Source: an uncultured Clostridium sp. (GTDB taxonomy: Bacteria > Bacillota > Clostridia > TANB77 > CAG-508). From it: a DNA stretch of 64,000 nucleotides. Position 1 is the stretch's first letter; each line of letters starts with the position of its first letter. Under the pieces are notes generated by a model. The model searched no databases, had not been told where the DNA came from, and was given only the letters and a program-made list of their open reading frames with translations. Positions 59,183 to 64,000 of the stretch are shown here, one piece after another. The position numbers and the translations under genes were made by a program. Location of the stretch: contig USGK01000002.1 in NCBI GenBank assembly GCA_900554175.1, positions 31,402 to 95,401 of the forward strand, read 5' to 3'.

Positions 59183-60082
59183 CTAAAATTCTCTTTGTTT
59201 TAGAGCTTCATAAACAATTATTCCTGTTGATACAGATGCATTCAAAGACGTTACTTTTCCCTTCATTGGAATTTTAACCTTAAAATCGCAATTTTTCAGA
59301 ACAAGTTCACTGACCCCTTTTCCTTCATTACCAATTACAATTCCAAGTGGTCCTGTTAAATCTTGATCAAAATAATATTTTTGTGCATCTATAGCTGTAC
59401 CACAAATCCACAATCCTTCTTCCTTAAGTTTTAATATTATATCTGAAATATTATTTACTCTTGCAATTTTCATGTGTTCAACAGCTCCACATGATACTTT
59501 TGCAACTGTACTATTTACTGATGCAGCTCTTCTTTTTGGTATAATAATTCCATGAACTCCTGCGGTTTCAGCAGTTCTTATTATTGCTCCTAAATTATGA
59601 GTATCTTCAATTCCATCTAAAATTAATATAAATGGATTTTCTTCTTTTTCTCTTGCTACTTCTAAAATATCTTCTACCTCACAATATGCAAACGGAGGTA
59701 CAATAGCAATTACTCCTTGATAATTTTCGTTTTGTGCCATTTTCTCCATTTGAGTCTTATCTTTTTCTACAACAATAATTTTTCTCTCTTTTGCCATAGC
59801 TATTATTTTATTAATTGAACCGTGTTTATCTCCTTTAGTAATATATAATTTATTTATGTCTTTTCCTGATTCTAATAATTCAATAACTGCATTTCTACCT
59901 TCTATTTGATCATCGAAAATTCTATCCTGATCATCTTTTTCTTTTATTCTATCAGCTTCTCTTCTTTTCTCAAATCTCCTATCTATTCCTCTCCTATCAA
60001 CTATTCCACGATCATTTTTTCTTCTTTGATCATCTCTTCTTGCTGCTTTTCTTCTTTCTTTATTTTTTCTATTTTCAGACAT
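59183..60082 (-). CDS. rlmB: TrmH/SpoU-family 23S rRNA 2'-O-methyltransferase (RlmB-like) with ~58-aa R/D-rich N-terminal extension
   Basis: IEGRNAVIELL, NLGAIIRTAE, GNEGKGVS and SLNASVSTGI motifs. Extension reads RRKAARRDDQRRKNDRGIVDRRGIDRRFEKRRE. Confidence 0.8.
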   Translation of the reverse strand: MSENRKNKERRKAARRDDQRRKNDRGIVDRRGIDRRFEKRREADRIKEKDDQDRIFDDQIEGRNAVIELLESGKDINKLYITKGDKHGSINKIIAMAKERKIIVVEKDKTQMEKMAQNENYQGVIAIVPPFAYCEVEDILEVAREKEENPFILILDGIEDTHNLGAIIRTAETAGVHGIIIPKRRAASVNSTVAKVSCGAVEHMKIARVNNISDIILKLKEEGLWICGTAIDAQKYYFDQDLTGPLGIVIGNEGKGVSELVLKNCDFKVKIPMKGKVTSLNASVSTGIIVYEALKQREF

Positions 60083-60227
60083 ATTTTTTTCCTCTCTTTA
60101 TTTAATTATACTCTATAATAACATTTTTTATTTTTTTTGTAAATAGCTTTTGAGATAAATTTAAGTTCACCTTATTACTATTTTTTCACTAACTTACATA
60201 AAAAAATAGATTTTATATTAAATTCTA

Positions 60228-60256
60228 TTGCTTTTTTTTCAAAAATAAAGTATAAT
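60228..60256 (+). promoter_or_regulatory. sigma-A-type promoter for abrB-like/acyltransferase pair
   Basis: TTGCTT (60228-60233), 17 nt spacer, TATAAT (60251-60256). Confidence 0.5.
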
Positions 60257-60294
60257 AAGTATGAAATGTATAACTTTTTTGAAAGGAGAAAAAA

Positions 60295-60498
60295 ATGGAA
60301 AAAGACAAATATGTTGGCATATGCAAAGTAGGAGAAAAAGGTCAAATTGTAATACCTGTAGAAGCAAGAAAAATGTTTAATATACAATCTGGAGATTCAA
60401 TAATTGTGCTTTGTGATAAAGAAAAAGGAATTGCACTGGTAAAATCAGATGTAATAGAAGATTTAACAAACAAAATACTTCCAAAAGGGGGAAAATGA
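60295..60498 (+). CDS. AbrB/MazE/SpoVT-family DNA-binding protein (67 aa)
   Basis: VGEKGQIVIPVEARKMFNIQSGD swapped-hairpin motif. AAAGGAGA RBS. Confidence 0.8.
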   Translation: MEKDKYVGICKVGEKGQIVIPVEARKMFNIQSGDSIIVLCDKEKGIALVKSDVIEDLTNKILPKGGK

Positions 60499-61571
60499 TT
60501 ATGAATAATAGAAAAAAATATTTAGATAATTTAAGATGGATTACTTTATGTATAGTTATTTTATATCACGTCTTTTACATTTTTAATTCAAGTGGAGTAA
60601 TTTCAAATATTGGCGTTACTGGAATAAAACAATTAGATTCATTCTGTGTATTTACTTATCCATGGATAATGTGTTTACTTTTTGTTGTATCTGGAGTCGC
60701 AACAAAATATTCTTTAAATACTAAAACTAATAAAGAATTTATAAAAGATAGAGCTAGACGAATATTGATTCCAAGTATAATTGGTATATTTGCTTATGGT
60801 TGGATAAGTGGATGGATGACAAATTATTATACTGATATATTTGCTGGAAATGGTAACATGATACCAACACCAATAAAATACATAATTTGGTCTTTAATAG
60901 GTATCGGGCCACTTTGGTATGCACATGTATTATTTATTGCATCTTTACTTATTGTTTTTATACGAAAAATAGATAAAAAGAACAAATTAGATAAAATTTT
61001 TGAAAAAATAAATATGCCTATACTTGTTTTTCTTTGTATTATTGTATGGGGTTCTTCATTTATATTAAATATGCCATTAGTCACTGTTTATAGATTTGGT
61101 ATTTACATGTTAATGTTTTTATTTGGATACTATATTTTTTCTAATGATACTATTATTGAAAAACTTGAAAAATGTGCAATACCACTTAGTATAATCACCT
61201 TAATATATGGAATAGTATTTACTATATTTAATTATGGCACTAACTTTGTAACTGATAATTTTTTACAAAATATTTTTACTAACATTTATTTATGGCTATT
61301 TATCTTATCTGCATTCGGTATTTCTAAAAAATATTTAGATTTTAGTAATAATTTTACGAGTTATATGAATAAAAACAATTTCAACTTTTATGTTTTACAT
61401 TATACTATAGAAATTATTATTGCTTTTGTTTTAGTAGAATATATTAAAGTACCATATTTTATATTAAATTATATAATTTTATTACTTGGAACAATAGTCT
61501 TTCTACCAATTATTACTGAAATATTAAAAAGAATTCCTTTCATAAATAAATTATTATTAGGCGTTAAATAA
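60495..61571 (+). CDS. acyltransferase family 3 integral membrane protein
   Basis: 358 aa, about 10 TMs. N-terminal YLDNLRWITLCIVILYHVF pattern. 4-nt overlap with the abrB-like stop. Confidence 0.7.
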   Translation: MIMNNRKKYLDNLRWITLCIVILYHVFYIFNSSGVISNIGVTGIKQLDSFCVFTYPWIMCLLFVVSGVATKYSLNTKTNKEFIKDRARRILIPSIIGIFAYGWISGWMTNYYTDIFAGNGNMIPTPIKYIIWSLIGIGPLWYAHVLFIASLLIVFIRKIDKKNKLDKIFEKINMPILVFLCIIVWGSSFILNMPLVTVYRFGIYMLMFLFGYYIFSNDTIIEKLEKCAIPLSIITLIYGIVFTIFNYGTNFVTDNFLQNIFTNIYLWLFILSAFGISKKYLDFSNNFTSYMNKNNFNFYVLHYTIEIIIAFVLVEYIKVPYFILNYIILLLGTIVFLPIITEILKRIPFINKLLLGVK

Positions 61572-61681
61572 TAACTTAATAAAGATTTTTACTTAATCTC
61601 CATATCATACACAAAAAAAGCCTTCTCTAAGAAAGCTTTTTTTATTTGTAAACAAACTATGTATGTTTCCTAAAAATTTTT

Positions 61682-62770
61682 TTAATACCACTTTTCCTCT
61701 TTTATCTCTACTAGTAGATTTTCTTCTACATTTTCATTAGAAAAGTTTTTGCTTTTTTTAATAATTCATTAGGATTATATTTTTCTTCTTCTTCCTGTTT
61801 CTATAATTTTTTTCATATTCTAATATAACTTCTCTTTAATATTTAGTTGTCCAATAATCTCTAAAGAATAATCCAATTATAACTTTTGTTTTGAAACATT
61901 TTGTTCATTCAATGTTTTGTGAACATCATATTTGAAATAATAATTTTCATCTTTATTATTATTTATTATTTCTTGTGGTATTTTTTTATAATCTGTTTCT
62001 GATATATGCTATAATATTTCAATAACTTCTGTGCAATATTTTTTCTAAAGTATTAACCATATTATTCTTCTTTTTAATATTCTTTTGTTTTATCTATTTT
62101 CTTTACTTTGCCCTTTCTGTCTTTGAAAAAGTTTTGCAAATATTCCTTGTATCACTATAGTTTCTACAGTACCATTACAAACAATACAAGTAAAAAACTC
62201 GTTATCTATAAAATCGTATATCTTTGCAGTATAAATCAAGTTTCCTTTTTTATCAATACTAATTGTGTTATTAGGTATATTAGACATTAATGTTCTAGAT
62301 TTTTCCATATCATCTTTAATCCTTTCAATAATATTTGAAAAATTCCATTTAAATTTGCTTCAATAGCATTATCCCTCATCTAAAACTATATCTTCCTTAT
62401 TAATATCTAATTTTTCTATTCTCTCTATGTGTTTTTAGACTCGTTTTATCTATATTTGTAATAAGATCCAATTTATCATACCCATACCAATACCTATATA
62501 ATTCTTCACAAGTAATATCTCAAATTTAAACTTTAATTTATCCATATTGAATTGATAATTCCTATAGTTTTTTAACATTTCTGGATCTTTTTTTCTTAAA
62601 TCATAAAAATATATCTCTATCATTTTGTAAATTTTATATCGTAAAAATGGATTAGAGGTATATATTATATGTTTATTTACTCGAAATTCATATAAAATTC
62701 TAGAAAGTAATTTCTTTTTCTCAAACTTATCCTTTACTTCTCTATATTCATTAATTAAATCGTTTTTCAT
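61682..62770 (-). pseudogene. possible decayed gene (single frame, many in-frame stops)
   Basis: The 106-aa (62450-62770) and 72-aa (62090-62308) ORFs and further protein-like runs down to 61682 share one minus-strand frame. That frame is interrupted by about 12 stops and no frameshift. Confidence 0.3.
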
Positions 62771-63170
62771 GTTTATATTAACTTCTAATTGCTCATATTA
62801 ATCTTATAAATGTCAATATTTTTAAATCACATCCTATAATAAAGTACCTTTTTTCAAGATTACATCAGAAGAAGCCTTTATTAAAAAGGTTAATAAAAAC
62901 AAAATTGATTAAATTAATACAGAATGCATTAAAAAAAACGCGAAATATTAATAACAATTTTTGTTAAACATTTTTCACATTTTTTATACATTTTATATTG
63001 TTAAAAAAAAAATTAAATATTTTCAGAGAAACCTTTCAAAAATAAATGCAACAAAAATACGTTTTTAAACTACATTTTTATTTATTTGCTAATATTGTAA
63101 AATTACAAACGACAACATTCGACAACATCCGACATCCTTAGTACCCCAAGGCTTTTGCTTAAAAATATCA

Positions 63171-63199
63171 TTGACAATTTTGGAAATATATGTTAAAAT
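63171..63199 (+). promoter_or_regulatory. near-consensus sigma-A promoter for secreted-protein gene
   Basis: TTGACA (63171-63176), 17 nt spacer, TAAAAT (63194-63199), with TGT giving an extended -10. Confidence 0.55.
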
Positions 63200-63271
63200 T
63201 ATAATCTGAAAGGCTATTATTGCCCTTCATTACATAGGAGACTTGTTTACTAACCAATTGGAGGTATTCAA

Positions 63272-63721
63272 ATGAAGACTAGATTATCAAAAACAGGTGG
63301 ATCATTTTTATTAGCAACTATTATGTTATTAGGAACTGCTACATCTGCAATAGCAACATCAGTAGATGATTCGACAGAAACCGTACTTTATTCTAATATT
63401 GTGATGCCACAAGAGAACCAAACAATTGGAGGAACCATTCCATCAAATAGCTCTTGCACATATTATACTAATTTAGACAGTTATATTGGTTTTTCCAAAA
63501 ATTTCTGTGCTGTATCACGCTCAGATAGTACTTCTGGTGCACTGTACTTATATTTATATAAGGATGGTAAACTTAAGTCAAAAGACTGGATAATGGGCGT
63601 AAATGAAACTAATACTGTTAAATGGTCTATGACCCTTCCTTCATCAGGAACATGGGAAGTAAAAGTTGTTGCAAGTGGTACTAATGCACCTGTAACATTT
63701 TATGGCTGGTGGCAGAACTAG
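63272..63721 (+). CDS. small secreted protein (149 aa)
   Basis: GGAGG RBS. Sec signal peptide MKTRLSKTGGSFLLATIMLLGTATSAIA-TSV. Beta-rich mature part. No family recognised. Confidence 0.6.
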   Translation: MKTRLSKTGGSFLLATIMLLGTATSAIATSVDDSTETVLYSNIVMPQENQTIGGTIPSNSSCTYYTNLDSYIGFSKNFCAVSRSDSTSGALYLYLYKDGKLKSKDWIMGVNETNTVKWSMTLPSSGTWEVKVVASGTNAPVTFYGWWQN

Positions 63722-63782
63722 AATATGAAAATAACAAGAACATGTAAAAACAAGAAATAACGATCAAACACTCTCCTATGGG

Positions 63783-63812
63783 TGGACACTTGCCAAGTGT
63801 CCATTTTAATTT
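63783..63812 (+). terminator. intrinsic terminator
   Basis: TGGACACTTG-C-CAAGTGTCCA followed by TTTTAATTTT. Confidence 0.6.
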
Positions 63813-63868
63813 TAATTTAAATTTTTATTCCAATATGATAAAATAAAATGTGATAAGGTGGGATATAA

Positions 63869-64000
63869 TTGAACTTAATAAAAAATGAATTAATAAAAAT
63901 ATTCAAAAGACCAAATATCTATTTATTGATAGTTATAGGTATTTTAATTATGACTTGTTATAATATCTTTCAAAAGATTACATCCTTAGATGTAGATGTT
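63869..64000 (+). CDS. ABC-2-type permease-like membrane protein, 5' fragment (runs off window)
   Basis: TTG start 7 nt after AAGGTGG. (M)NLIKNELIKIFKRPNIYLLIVIGILIM is typical of ABC-2 permease N-termini. Open to the window end. Confidence 0.45.
   Translation, partial: MNLIKNELIKIFKRPNIYLLIVIGILIMTCYNIFQKITSLDVDV

Noticed and set aside
59906-60082. R/D-rich N-terminal extension of the RlmB-like methyltransferase as a separate gene or repeat element
   Set aside because: It is in frame and continuous with the SpoU/TrmH domain, with a single RBS. Basic extensions on RNA-modifying enzymes are plausible RNA-binding tails, so I treated it as part of the CDS.
60178-60387. 69-aa minus-strand ORF overlapping the abrB-like promoter and start
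   Set aside because: Its composition (F/Y/I/L/K) is that of translated AT-rich intergenic DNA. It overlaps a well-supported promoter and gene on the other strand and has no RBS.

Overview
AT-rich Firmicutes/Clostridia-type chromosome segment; spoIVA is present, so the host is a spore-former. Positions 1-25931 are one arm of an integrated conjugative element (ICE). It holds about 25 co-directional minus-strand genes. These include T4SS membrane components (TrbL/VirB6-like, Maff2), a VirD4/TraG coupling protein, PcfB, MobC plus relaxase with a GC-rich hairpin-bearing candidate oriT, and a DUF3991/Toprim primase-like protein. They also include a run of small unknown ORFs, a 2363-aa ArdC-like/N6-methylase/SNF2-helicase giant, a GNAT-like cargo gene, a 1612-aa thioester/Cna-B sortase-anchored adhesin and ParB/ParA. 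No integrase lies in the window, and the element continues off the left edge. Positions 26017-64000 are core chromosome: queH-GNAT fusion, ruvB, rluD, a degenerate lspA-like gene, rnhA, RNA-modification enzymes, tgt, ruvA, an Alg14/Alg13-like split glycosyltransferase, glgP, spoIVA, corA and a 2688-aa cyclic beta-1,2-glucan-synthase-like giant. They continue with a response regulator-ispG-ispH-pilin-like string, mfd, a TrmH/RlmB-type methyltransferase, an AbrB-like plus acyltransferase pair, a gene-poor decayed stretch and a secreted protein next to an ABC-2-like permease. The most unusual observation is a complete TnpV-family gene with its own SD, ATG and stop, encoded out of frame inside the disordered linker of the giant ICE gene (15701-16060). 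About 120 codons therefore stay open in two same-strand frames. Other items worth follow-up are a promoter-plus-terminator-bounded ~180-nt candidate sRNA (32779-32959), an LspA-like protein that appears to lack one catalytic Asp, a QueH-GNAT fusion at the ICE junction, and a candidate leading-region island of small acidic unknown proteins. No rRNA, tRNA or CRISPR array was seen.
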